DNA of 20,379 nucleotides from a virus (IMGVR_UViG_2706794690_000015); one strand, 5' to 3'; positions 10,565 through 19,335 are shown, counted from the first letter of the stretch. Notes: generated from the sequence alone by a model not told the origin. Numbers and translations: made by a program.

Positions 10565-11326
10565 ATGGAGACTGTTTTTGACGCACTGAAAGCAATGGGA
10601 AAAGCCACATCCATAGAACTTGCTGCGCGACTTGATATCAGTCGTGAAGAAGTGCTGAACGAACTATGGGAACTGAAAAAAGCTGGTTTCGTTGATAAAA
10701 GCGCGTACACCTGGCGTGTGGCTGATAACAACGTTCAGCAGGAACAGCCAATGCAGGCAGAACTGCCGGAAGAAACCACCACGGCAACTGTAGTGAAAAT
10801 CTCAGAGTGCGATTTAACCGCGACGATTGAACAACGCGGACCACAAACGGCGGATGAACTGGCTACGCTGTTCGGTACAACATCCCGCAAAGTTGCTTCA
10901 ACGCTGGCAATGGCAATCAGCAAAGGACGCCTGATTCGCGTAAACCAGAACAGTAAATTTCGTTACTGCATGCCGGGCGATAATTTACCAGCAGAGCCGA
11001 AAGCTGCATCGGTAGCGGAAACTGATGGTAAAGCCTTTCCTCAGCCAGCCGGTGTTGCGTTACCAGTACAGGAAGCGGCAACACAGGAAGATATTAAAAC
11101 AGAAACTGTGGCGGACATTGTGCAGTCGCTGCCATCGTTTACTGAAACGCAAGCGGATGACCTAGTTTTACCATCGCTGCATATGGCAAACCGCGAACTG
11201 CGTCGGGCGAAAAATCATGTCCAGAAGTGGGAGCGAGTCTGCGCCGCGCTGCGGGAGCTGAACAAGCACCGGGATATTGTCCGACAGATTGTCGATTCCT
11301 CCAGTCGTATTGTGTCGGAAAAGTGA
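10565..11326 (+). CDS. ydaW: YdaW-like phage protein, apparently full length
   Basis: GGGAGG RBS about 8 nt before ATG 10565 ([13 protein letters not shown]...). Intact here, whereas I recall ydaW in K-12 Rac as truncated. Confidence 0.6.
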   Translation: METVFDALKAMGKATSIELAARLDISREEVLNELWELKKAGFVDKSAYTWRVADNNVQQEQPMQAELPEETTTATVVKISECDLTATIEQRGPQTADELATLFGTTSRKVASTLAMAISKGRLIRVNQNSKFRYCMPGDNLPAEPKAASVAETDGKAFPQPAGVALPVQEAATQEDIKTETVADIVQSLPSFTETQADDLVLPSLHMANRELRRAKNHVQKWERVCAALRELNKHRDIVRQIVDSSSRIVSEK

Positions 11327-11341
11327 TTGCCGGAGGCGCTT

Positions 11342-11758
11342 ATGGCAAAAGTTTTTACACAGGAAGAGCGTGAAAAAATTAAGGAGCAGGTTGTTGAGTT
11401 GGTACGCCAGAGTGGGCGCGAGACGTTAAGGCAACTGGAGGCCAAGACAGGTGCGACAAGATATCTGATGAGCATTCTTGCCAGAGAGTTGGTTGCCAGT
11501 GGCGATGTATACAACTCTGGCTATGGGTTATTCCCGTCTGAACAGGCTCGTAAGGATTGGAAAAACGCCCGCAAAAAACTATCCAGGGCAAAGGTGAAAA
11601 AAACGGTTGTGGTTGATCCTGACCTTATCTGGTCATTACCAGACGGAGAAATACGCCGCTATGACAGGCGTCAGAACATAATCTGTCGCGAGTGCCGGAA
11701 GAGTGAAGTTATGAAACGTGTACTGGCATTTTATCAAGGAAATCTTCGGTATTTATAG
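11342..11758 (+). CDS. Hypothetical phage protein with C-terminal CxxC, about 138 aa
   Basis: GGAGG RBS before ATG 11342 (MAKVFTQEEREKIKEQ...). Family not recognised. Confidence 0.5.
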   Translation: MAKVFTQEEREKIKEQVVELVRQSGRETLRQLEAKTGATRYLMSILARELVASGDVYNSGYGLFPSEQARKDWKNARKKLSRAKVKKTVVVDPDLIWSLPDGEIRRYDRRQNIICRECRKSEVMKRVLAFYQGNLRYL

Positions 11759-11896
11759 ACGTTACTAGATCAAAGAGCATTAGTTCATATGTAAATTGAC
11801 ATTTTTCTGGCACAGGGGAGAGCTAGCGTGGTTGTCCGCTTTGTGCCAATAGCGGACATTGCTGGCTCATGGTATGTTAGTTTAAGGAGGCAGGTT

Positions 11897-12919
11897 ATGC
11901 CCTGTATTTCGCTGTGGTATAATAGTTGCGCAATTGATACAAGGGAGCGTTACATCGTGAAAATTGTTTTCGAGGTTAATGGAAAGAAAGTTCCACTAAA
12001 ATCTTTAAAATACATAAGCAAAAAAGATCAACTCGAAGTAATGAAAAACTGGTTCTTTGAAAACTTTGAAGATCCGGCAAATGCTTGTCCGTATGAAAGT
12101 AGAGAAGGTGGCTATGCTTACATATATGGCGGGCCGTATGATGCGAGCGAAGAACTACAATCCATCTTCGGTCAATATGTTAAATCTGAGTATATTGAGG
12201 AATTAGTAGATGAATTACAAACACAATGTTTTGACTGGTCTGGAAACTCAAATAATATAGATGATTGGTACGATGATGATATCTACGACGCTGTAACGTC
12301 TTCCGGTAATCCGTATTTAAAATTCATTGATAATATCGATAAAATAAAAAAACTTGCAAAAGATAAAACTGAACAACAGCAAAAAAACCACTTGCTTAGT
12401 TTGCTCTACACGAATGTTATTACAGCTTTGGAAACGCTTTATGTTGAGCTATTCATTAATTCTATAGAGAAAGATGATGTCTACATAGCCAATTGTATAG
12501 AAAAAGGTAAGACTGAATTTAAAGTAAGCAAAGATATTGCTGCGTTGCCTTTCAAGGGTGAACCCATCGAGAAAATTAGGGGAGAGCTAATCAGGTCAAT
12601 CAAGGAACACTTGATCAGTGCAAGCTGGCATAGCACTAAAAAGGTAATCGACCGCTATGAAGCTACATTCGATATAAAAGTACAAAAAGACTGTCCGATA
12701 GAAGCTATTGAATTGGCAACCCTCAATCGAAATCACTTAGTGCATCGTGGTGGAAAGGATAAAGAAGGGAACCTCGTAGTGATTACAGACCAGGATCTTG
12801 AAACGCTGATTGAAAATGCATCGAACCTGGCAATTATGCTCTACAACAGTTTAAATGTAGCAACGAATAAAACCACCATTTTGCAACCAGATGACAAACC
12901 GTTCATTCATGAATTTTAA
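11897..12919 (+). CDS. Cargo protein A: hypothetical, C-terminal HEPN-like R-x4-H motif (candidate RNase toxin/defence effector)
   Basis: AT-rich by eye. AAGGAGG RBS 6 nt before ATG 11897; alternative starts GTG 11828 and GTG 11957. Motif LNRNHLVHRGG at nt 12728-12745 in a helical-looking C-terminal region. Confidence 0.6.
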   Translation: MPCISLWYNSCAIDTRERYIVKIVFEVNGKKVPLKSLKYISKKDQLEVMKNWFFENFEDPANACPYESREGGYAYIYGGPYDASEELQSIFGQYVKSEYIEELVDELQTQCFDWSGNSNNIDDWYDDDIYDAVTSSGNPYLKFIDNIDKIKKLAKDKTEQQQKNHLLSLLYTNVITALETLYVELFINSIEKDDVYIANCIEKGKTEFKVSKDIAALPFKGEPIEKIRGELIRSIKEHLISASWHSTKKVIDRYEATFDIKVQKDCPIEAIELATLNRNHLVHRGGKDKEGNLVVITDQDLETLIENASNLAIMLYNSLNVATNKTTILQPDDKPFIHEF

Positions 12920-12934
12920 TAGCGCAGGTCATAC

Positions 12935-13936
12935 ATGGATATTCGCACACGAAAGACAAAATTTTTAGAGTCGTTAGATTCAACTGAAGTGATACGCAAA
13001 GCAGTAAGTCTCGCTATAGATTGCATTATTGATAATCATAATAGTAATGAAGATACCCCCTTAGTTATTACCAGCTATGATGATCTCTGTAGAATCCAGG
13101 TGCTAAATTATGTACAGGAGTTTTGCGAAGCTGCATTCCCTGATATGGATGAATATTACTTTAGTCCTAACATACTTCGCATCAACGGCAAGACTAGTGA
13201 AGAAGCTTGTATTAACTTAATTAAACTCTTAAGAAGTACAAAAGGCATGCTATTCTGGTCCGATGCCCCATCGTGGTTCGCTAGCCTCCCCGACGGATTA
13301 TTCCATGTTGTTAACATTGATCAAAAAATCGTTACTCGCGGCCTTAATAAGAAAAACTCTAAGCCGACAATAATCAATAAAGATTACAGTGTAGATACAC
13401 TACTATCAGAGCTATTTTTGAATGGCGCACACATGGAGCAACCCAACGTACACAACGTTTCTGAGGGAAACATGAAGTTCTATGATGAATGCCATGCTGG
13501 ATTAATCAGACCAATACCCGCTCCAATAGGCGCGTCATACGATGAAGAGATCACAATTAATTCTCCAGATTGGCAAAAGCTCGCGTGTGTAGCTTTACGC
13601 CGCTATCAGTCGAAGGAATGTCATGACGGAATGCAATGGGATACAACCGATCATGGTTGGACTGATGTAATCGCGTATCCATTCGTCGAAGAAATACAAT
13701 CAATGGATAATAGTGGTTATCGACAATGTTTAGTTGGGCTGGTCACAATAAACAATTCAAATGCAAATTCTCCGTACCTATCTACCGTTTGGATACATCC
13801 ATTTTATCGCAGGAGAGGGTTATTAAGTAAGTTATGGCCAAAATTACAAGAGTTATATGGAAGTAACTTCGAAATTGAGCGACCTAATGAAAATATGAAA
13901 GCATTTCTGAAAAGTGCGAAACACGCAGATTACTAA
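12935..13936 (+). CDS. Cargo protein B: hypothetical, C-terminal GNAT acetyltransferase-like motif
   Basis: Starts 15 nt after A; same AT-rich composition. VWIHPFYRRRGLLSKLWPKLQELY near nt 13808 resembles the GNAT acetyl-CoA-binding motif A. Confidence 0.6.
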   Translation: MDIRTRKTKFLESLDSTEVIRKAVSLAIDCIIDNHNSNEDTPLVITSYDDLCRIQVLNYVQEFCEAAFPDMDEYYFSPNILRINGKTSEEACINLIKLLRSTKGMLFWSDAPSWFASLPDGLFHVVNIDQKIVTRGLNKKNSKPTIINKDYSVDTLLSELFLNGAHMEQPNVHNVSEGNMKFYDECHAGLIRPIPAPIGASYDEEITINSPDWQKLACVALRRYQSKECHDGMQWDTTDHGWTDVIAYPFVEEIQSMDNSGYRQCLVGLVTINNSNANSPYLSTVWIHPFYRRRGLLSKLWPKLQELYGSNFEIERPNENMKAFLKSAKHADY

Positions 13937-14490
13937 TTTATGAATCAGTCTGTGGAGTTAGGGTTGGTGTGAACAAGTAGGGTAAGAGCCTCAACGTGAT
14001 GCTATGCCGACCTGCTCCCTGAGAATTCACACAGAAGGCTGCTAGCAATGTCTGCAGATCGCTCAAAGCGGACTAAAATGTTGGCTTGTTTCTGACTTAG
14101 AGCATTTAAGGAAGTGCTGGTGGTGACTGGTTGTTGTGTTCCATTTCTACAGAATAAAATCACAGAAACTATACCCAATAGTTGTATTGAATCACTGACG
14201 AGACAGCCTCATATTTATCAGGACTGGTGTGCGTCTAATACAGGGGGTTGTCGTGCTGGTTCTCAAATGTGCGCTGGCTATTGCGGCTGTAATGGCAATT
14301 TATTGTCTTGCTGTTGTTCTTATGGAGCGGCTTTCTGATTGATTACATACTGGCTAGAAAAAAGGTGTTACCTTGGTTTATCTTTGTCCGGCAAGGTGCG
14401 CTCATTAATCTTAAGTAAATTTATTGCTCAAGTATTCAGATTACTTCTTATGGTTGAAGTCTCCTGTCAATGTAGAACCAATATATTTAC

Positions 14491-14527
14491 AAAAATGAGA
14501 CCCGTCGGGGATAGCCCTGCCGGGTCT
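14491..14527 (-). terminator. Rho-independent terminator downstream of the YeaR-like gene
   Basis: Stem AGACCCG (14498-14504) / CGGGTCT (14521-14527); A-run 14491-14497 gives a U-tract on the minus-strand transcript. Confidence 0.45.
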
Positions 14528-14556
14528 GACTGTTAAAGCATTTTTAATATGATCAT

Positions 14557-14895
14557 CTATTTTTTGGTGCTATAGACTTTTTCGCCCGAAAAGTCTGGAG
14601 CGACCCAAAAGTTAATATTAAACTGAGCATCATCGCTTAGTTCAACACGGTGCCAGTATTGTGGTGGGCTTGTTGCAAAAGCGCCAGCATTAATGACTAC
14701 TTTTATCTCCGGTTCAGTAGCATTCTCATCAGTAAAACCATAATATGTTACAGTGCCTTCCATTACGCACAACTGCCCAAAAACACCTGCTGCTGTATTA
14801 TGATGTGTTAATAACGCTGAAGGTACGTTCTCTTTTGTGAAGAACGGAGTTGAGCGTTTGATTACCCAATCTTTAGGAATTCTCTTGTGTGTCAT
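14557..14895 (-). CDS. DUF1971 (YeaR-like) cupin-type protein, about 112 aa from MTHKRIPKDW
   Basis: Resembles E. coli YeaR as I recall it (RSTPF..., ...FNINFWVAP). GGAGGAGGTGG RBS before ATG 14895. Its upstream region runs into the N gap. Confidence 0.7.
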   Translation of the reverse strand: MTHKRIPKDWVIKRSTPFFTKENVPSALLTHHNTAAGVFGQLCVMEGTVTYYGFTDENATEPEIKVVINAGAFATSPPQYWHRVELSDDAQFNINFWVAPDFSGEKVYSTKK

Positions 14896-14957
14896 AACCA
14901 CCTCCTCCAAAACATGCATTAAAAATGCATCTTTTGGAGGGTTATGTCAAGCTGTTA

Positions 14958-15127
14958 NNNNNNNNNNNNNNNNNNNNNNNNNNNNNNNNNNNNNNNNNNN
15001 NNNNNNNNNNNNNNNNNNNNNNNNNNNNNNNNNNNNNNNNNNNNNNNNNNNNNNNNNNNNNNNNNNNNNNNNNNNNNNNNNNNNNNNNNNNNNNNNNNNN
15101 NNNNNNNNNNNNNNNNNNNNNNNNNNN
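14958..15127. other. Run of 170 N (gap or masked sequence)
   Basis: Literal n characters in the sequence. Confidence 1.
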
Positions 15128-15636
15128 ATTTTCCCAGGATACCTTTACTGTGTATATAAATAAATTATATACGCATAAATAATGTAAAGGCGTCCTTTTA
15201 GATATATCTTATCAAATGTTAATGACTTGAGTGGGAAATATGATTCCAGCAACTTATCATGTGGCTACTTTATAAAAATAATGCCCATATAAAACAACAA
15301 GCGAAAAGGATTACGGATAAAAAAGGAGCGAGATGTGCGAACTTGTTATTTTCCATGTTTAACCACCTTAAATAATTGATGATGACGGGATGATTGCATC
15401 TGTAATGCTTTTATTGAAATGTTATGATAAAAAAGAACTTTTGCATAACATTAAAATGTAATTTATCTAATCGTTTTTAATAATAAGTGTCGTATTTCTA
15501 TCCTTGTACCAGCTATTTGATATGTAGTGTTTGTTCATGCTATGTGGGGCTTTACACCATAGCCAGTTTATTTATACTTTATTCGTCAGCCTGAACAACT
15601 GGCATCTGCTGCGCTGCGCCATCGAGAGATTGAGAA

Positions 15637-16236
15637 ATGGCGCATATACAACTGGTCAAACAAACCTCTTCTGGTTTACTTCTCCCGGCGACGCCGGAGA
15701 GTTGCGATTTTCTGCATCAAATCAAAATAGGTGAGTGGATACACGCAGACTTTAAGCGTGTGCGTAACTACGCATTCCACAAGCGTTTTTTCAAACTCCT
15801 GCAACTGGGATTCGATTACTGGACTCCGGTCGGTGGGGCGATCACGCCTCGCGAACGAGAACTGCTGTCTGGTTTCGTTGATTACCTGTGCGAATCAGTT
15901 GGTCGGGAACACACGCCAGCCCTGAGTGATGCCGCAGAGCAATACCTTAACACCGTTGCGACTCGTAGAACCCGGGATACGGCGTTGCTAAAGTCGTTTG
16001 AGGCTTTCCGCGAGTGGGTAACCATTCAGGCCGGATTTTACACCGAGCATATTTATCCGGACGGTAGCCGTGGGCGTCGGGCAAAATCCATCGCTTTTGC
16101 GAATATGGACGAAGTCGAGTTTCAGCAGGTTTATAAATCTGTACTGAATGTGCTGTGGAACTGGATTCTGTTCCGTAAATTCTCCTCTCAGGAGGAAGTT
16201 GAAAATGTGGCCGCACAACTACTGGAGTTTGCGTAA
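15637..16236 (+). CDS. nin-region phage protein, likely DUF1367 family, 199 aa
   Basis: Position between replication genes and Q; family assignment from memory only. Confidence 0.55.
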   Translation: MAHIQLVKQTSSGLLLPATPESCDFLHQIKIGEWIHADFKRVRNYAFHKRFFKLLQLGFDYWTPVGGAITPRERELLSGFVDYLCESVGREHTPALSDAAEQYLNTVATRRTRDTALLKSFEAFREWVTIQAGFYTEHIYPDGSRGRRAKSIAFANMDEVEFQQVYKSVLNVLWNWILFRKFSSQEEVENVAAQLLEFA

Positions 16237-16526
16237 TGGTGAATTTACGTAAAGCGGCTAAAGGCCAGATGTGCCAGATCAGAATCCCTGGCTACTGCAA
16301 TCACAATCCCGAAACCTCTGTGCTGGCGCATTACAGGCTGGCGGGGACGTGCGGAACAGCGACAAAACCACATGATATGCAGGCGGCGATAGCCTGTAGC
16401 TCATGCCACGATCTAATCGACGGGCGGGTAAAAACCAGCGATTACACCAAAGAAGAATTGCGCCTGATGCATGCTGAAGGGGTTTTTCGCACACAAGAAA
16501 TCTGGAGAAAGAAAGGTCATTTATGA
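16236..16526 (+). CDS. YbcO-like (DUF1364) putative zinc-binding nuclease, 96 aa
   Basis: ATG overlaps the upstream stop (TAATG). Cys/His-rich (CQIRIPGYCNHNPETSVLAH, CSSCHDL); resembles DLP12 YbcO. Confidence 0.65.
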   Translation: MVNLRKAAKGQMCQIRIPGYCNHNPETSVLAHYRLAGTCGTATKPHDMQAAIACSSCHDLIDGRVKTSDYTKEELRLMHAEGVFRTQEIWRKKGHL

Positions 16527-17065
16527 TTTACCCAACGAATACAGGAAAAAGCGGAGAACACCTTCGCCTCACCACGCTGGAAAGTGTCTGGATTCAGGGA
16601 AAACTACGTATGTGGGGGCGCTGGTCGTATATTGGCGGTGGCAGGTCAGGGAATATGTTCAATCAGTTGTTGGCATCCAAAAAACTGACGAAAACAGCCA
16701 TTAATGAAGCCCTGCGCAGAATGAAAAAAGCGGGAATAGAGAAAGCTGAGCTGGAAGCGTTTTTGCGAGAGATGATCAACGGCAAGCAAAAGAGCTGGCT
16801 GGCGCATTGTACTGATGCAGAGGCGTTATGTATTGATCGAGTCATAAGTGAGGTGCTGGCAGAGCATCCAGGATTGATTTGCATTCTCCGGCAACGCTAT
16901 GAAGGGCGGGGGATGACTAAGCGCAAAATGGCTGAATTGCTAAATGATGCACACCCAGAGTGGTGTTTTAGCACATGCGAAAAACGGATTGCTAATTGGT
17001 TAGCTGTTGCTGAGTATGCCCTATATATTCCCATGCGTGAATCATTTGCTGAGAAAATGGCTTGA
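16523..17065 (+). CDS. Late-gene antiterminator Q-like protein, 180 aa
   Basis: Last gene before a strong hairpin and the lysis cassette. N-terminal W-G-x-W region (LRMWGRWSYIGGG) resembles the Q family typified by DLP12 QuuD. Family call from memory. Confidence 0.6.
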   Translation: MIYPTNTGKSGEHLRLTTLESVWIQGKLRMWGRWSYIGGGRSGNMFNQLLASKKLTKTAINEALRRMKKAGIEKAELEAFLREMINGKQKSWLAHCTDAEALCIDRVISEVLAEHPGLICILRQRYEGRGMTKRKMAELLNDAHPEWCFSTCEKRIANWLAVAEYALYIPMRESFAEKMA

Positions 17066-17142
17066 TTTCTTACGTATAAACTGCTTCAATTTTGCTATGC
17101 TTCGCAAAGCTGTATCGCGAGGCGGATTGCAGACATGGACAT

Positions 17143-17175
17143 CGTAAAAAAACCGCTTAATGCGGTTTTTTTACG
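17143..17175. terminator. Perfect palindrome A7-CCGC-TTAAT-GCGG-T7, candidate bidirectional terminator (tR-prime-like)
   Basis: cgtaaaaaaaccgcttaatgcggtttttttacg, about 80 nt after the Q-like stop. Confidence 0.5.
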
Positions 17176-17494
17176 TCAGGAAAGCAGGGGAGAATGCTGC
17201 TAGTTGGGCAACTGGTCTTTCTGCTCCAAATTATAACAGAGACCAGTTATAGTTTCGGTGCTGTGTTTTTTTTACAATATTGTGATAACACATTGCTGGC
17301 GGGAGTTTTGATATTTCTTGGCAGGGGCTGATGATGCGTTATCCTGATGTCGTCAACTCATATAAAATGAGATGAGAGATCATTGCAGGGTGGTTTGTAA
17401 TTCGCTGTTTAGCGGGACAATATGTTGTCTGATACAAGACACCCGACGCCTCAGATTACTATAATAAAGACGAAGCATCCTTTGTATTGACCAA

Positions 17495-17518
17495 CCGCCT
17501 GTTTAGGCGGTTCTTTTT
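17495..17518 (+). terminator. Candidate rho-independent terminator
   Basis: CCGCCT-GTTT-AGGCGG followed by TTCTTTTT. Confidence 0.45.
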
Positions 17519-18050
17519 GGGCTGGTTTATTGTATGCCAAATGATTATTAAAAAGGTTGTGTTAATAACAAGATCCGAAATAATATGCCTGCATATTTTT
17601 ATCTTGCTTATATTCTGCATATTGTGCATAGCAGGCTCATCCCTGCAATCAAAACTGTATGATGAGTATTTTTTGTTTTCCTTTTTTCCAGTCATCTGAT
17701 GATGACCTGCTTCTTTTTAATCCGGATCGACATCAGTTTTTTAAGATAATTCCTGCGAGTTATATGCATAAATGCCACAAACTCCGCATTTTATGTGGTT
17801 GGGAGTTGCCGGGCGCGCAGTGAGTTTGCTAAGAAAACTCCTGCATGGTGAATCCCCCTGTGCGGTGGGGTGATACCATTAACCTTTTCTGTCGCCGACA
17901 GGTATCACGAACATTTTGTTCACCGGGAGGCACCCGGCACCATGCACTTCAATAGATTCTCTCCACATTATGGATATTCTTTCAGAATATCCCACGCAGA
18001 CTTTGTGTAAATGTTAACAAATGTGCGTTTTATTTGATCTGATTCGCTGT

Positions 18051-18080
18051 TTGAGCGTCCAAAACAACGGTATATATAAT
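18051..18080 (+). promoter_or_regulatory. Candidate sigma-70 promoter for the first TolA-like lipoprotein gene
   Basis: TTGAGC (18051-18056), 18-nt spacer, TATAAT (18075-18080); GAGGAAAA RBS then ATG 18110. Confidence 0.5.
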
Positions 18081-18109
18081 CCTTTACTATATGACATATG
18101 TGAGGAAAA

Positions 18110-18538
18110 ATGGGTTTTCGTAGCGCATCAATTCTTACGTTGATTATTAGTGGGATTATTATCGGGTGCACTGATGCTGTATCGACAAATTATCATGACC
18201 GTACATCATATTACTCCGATAAAGCAATAGAGACACAGTATGTGAGTTCATCTGAACGTACTTCTGATGTTAGTGAGGATATCCGTCTGTATGCCCATCA
18301 AATCAAGAGCGCCATCGAAAAACAGTTCGGGGATGCGAGTAAGTATTCAGGAAAAGAGTGTACACTGAGAATGCATATGGCCCCGAATGGCCTTCTACTG
18401 GAGGTTAAAAGAGAAAGTGGAGACCTCGATTTATGTCGTGAAGCGATGAATGCGATAAAGAATGCTGATATACCTGCCCCCCCTTCGCCGGAAGTATATA
18501 AAGTATTTCAAAATGGGGTGCTGGATTTTAAACCCTGA
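18110..18538 (+). CDS. Lipoprotein with TolA C-terminal (domain III)-like domain, 142 aa
   Basis: Signal peptide with lipobox IIGC. C-terminal ~80 aa (YAHQIKSAIEKQFGDASKYSGKECTLRMHMAPNGLLLEVKRESGDLDLCREAMNAIKNADIPAPPSPEVYKVFQNGVLDFKP) closely parallels the TolA C-terminus as I recall it (...PSQAVYEVFKNAPLDFKP). Confidence 0.7.
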   Translation: MGFRSASILTLIISGIIIGCTDAVSTNYHDRTSYYSDKAIETQYVSSSERTSDVSEDIRLYAHQIKSAIEKQFGDASKYSGKECTLRMHMAPNGLLLEVKRESGDLDLCREAMNAIKNADIPAPPSPEVYKVFQNGVLDFKP

Positions 18539-18688
18539 TATTTATTGTTTTGTAATAAACGGTTTCGGCTTAGGTTTGTTCTGACACAGCTACGGCACTG
18601 AGCTAAATTTAGCGGATAGTCAGCTCTGAGCCAGTGGCGGACGTAACAACTACTATTGCTGAGATTTTAATGGATTGAGGAGCAAGAA

Positions 18689-19084
18689 GTGGGATTAAAG
18701 AAAATCGTTATGTTGACTTTTTGGGTCGGTTTTGTTGCGGGATGCACACCTTTACACCCTTCAGATTGCCACAAAACTACTGCTACAGGTAGTTGCAGTT
18801 CAGGACGCTGGGATGATCAGGATGAATGGGGGGCGCAAGCGCGGGGAATCAGAGCTGCAATTAATGCCAAACTTGATGAGCCGCATAACTGGAAAGGGAA
18901 AAAATGCAGGTTGCATATGGAATTCTCTCAGGATGGCACGGCGTTAAAAATATCTACCAGTAACGGTGATAAAGCCTATTGCGAAGCGATAAAGTCCGCA
19001 GCTCATAAAGCCAAATTTCCGGCCTTCAACAATCCGGAAGTCTACAGAGATTTTCAGAAATCTGGCTTTGACATGCGAGGTTAG
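18689..19084 (+). CDS. Second TolA-domain-III-like lipoprotein (diverged paralogue), 131 aa, GTG start
   Basis: GAGGAG RBS; signal peptide MGLKKIVMLTFWVGFVAGC (lipobox VAGC). Shares GKxCxLxM...C.EA...A...PA...PEVY..FQ skeleton with the upstream gene. Confidence 0.7.
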   Translation: MGLKKIVMLTFWVGFVAGCTPLHPSDCHKTTATGSCSSGRWDDQDEWGAQARGIRAAINAKLDEPHNWKGKKCRLHMEFSQDGTALKISTSNGDKAYCEAIKSAAHKAKFPAFNNPEVYRDFQKSGFDMRG

Positions 19085-19209
19085 CTCTTCAATTACTATA
19101 TCTCATTCATAGCAAACTGACAGATTTGATGATGTTCTATATACGAAACCTGTGATGTCAAGTCTGAGCTAATACAAATAAACATAATATCAGAGAAATA
19201 CATTTTATT

Positions 19210-19233
19210 AGCTCGCTACGGCGAGCTTTTTAT
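19210..19233 (+). terminator. Rho-independent terminator after the lipoprotein pair
   Basis: AGCTCGC-TACG-GCGAGCT followed by TTTTAT. Confidence 0.5.
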
Positions 19234-19335
19234 ATTGCATCGTCTCCAGCATATATATCAATTAAGGCTCTGATTGATGTGTCTGAAAGCCTACACATAA
19301 TAACTATGCCATCCGTTCCGTGCGGAGGTGAGGCT

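Noticed and set aside
14114-14536. Cys-rich 74-aa ORF (..CASNTGGCRAGSQMCAGYCGCNGNLLSCCC..) and following 65-aa ORF
   Set aside because: GTG start immediately abuts AAGGAA with no spacer, and the second ORF runs through the terminator hairpin of the convergent gene. Tempting as a bacteriocin-like peptide but not supportable; worth a quick peptide search only.
14837-15182. Track ORFs 14837..15163, 14925..15182 and 14944..15159 with long runs of X
   Set aside because: They are read through the 170-nt N run; the translation is meaningless and the reading frame across the gap is unknown.
17459-18171. ORFs 17459..17695 (minus), 17487..17699 (plus) and 17968..18171 (minus) in the AT-rich region after Q
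   Set aside because: Mutually overlapping on opposite strands, low complexity, crossing a predicted terminator and promoter; more likely non-coding.
18732-18947. 71-aa ORF in an alternative frame inside the second TolA-like lipoprotein gene
   Set aside because: Embedded shadow ORF with no RBS, unlike the well-precedented Rz1-in-Rz case.
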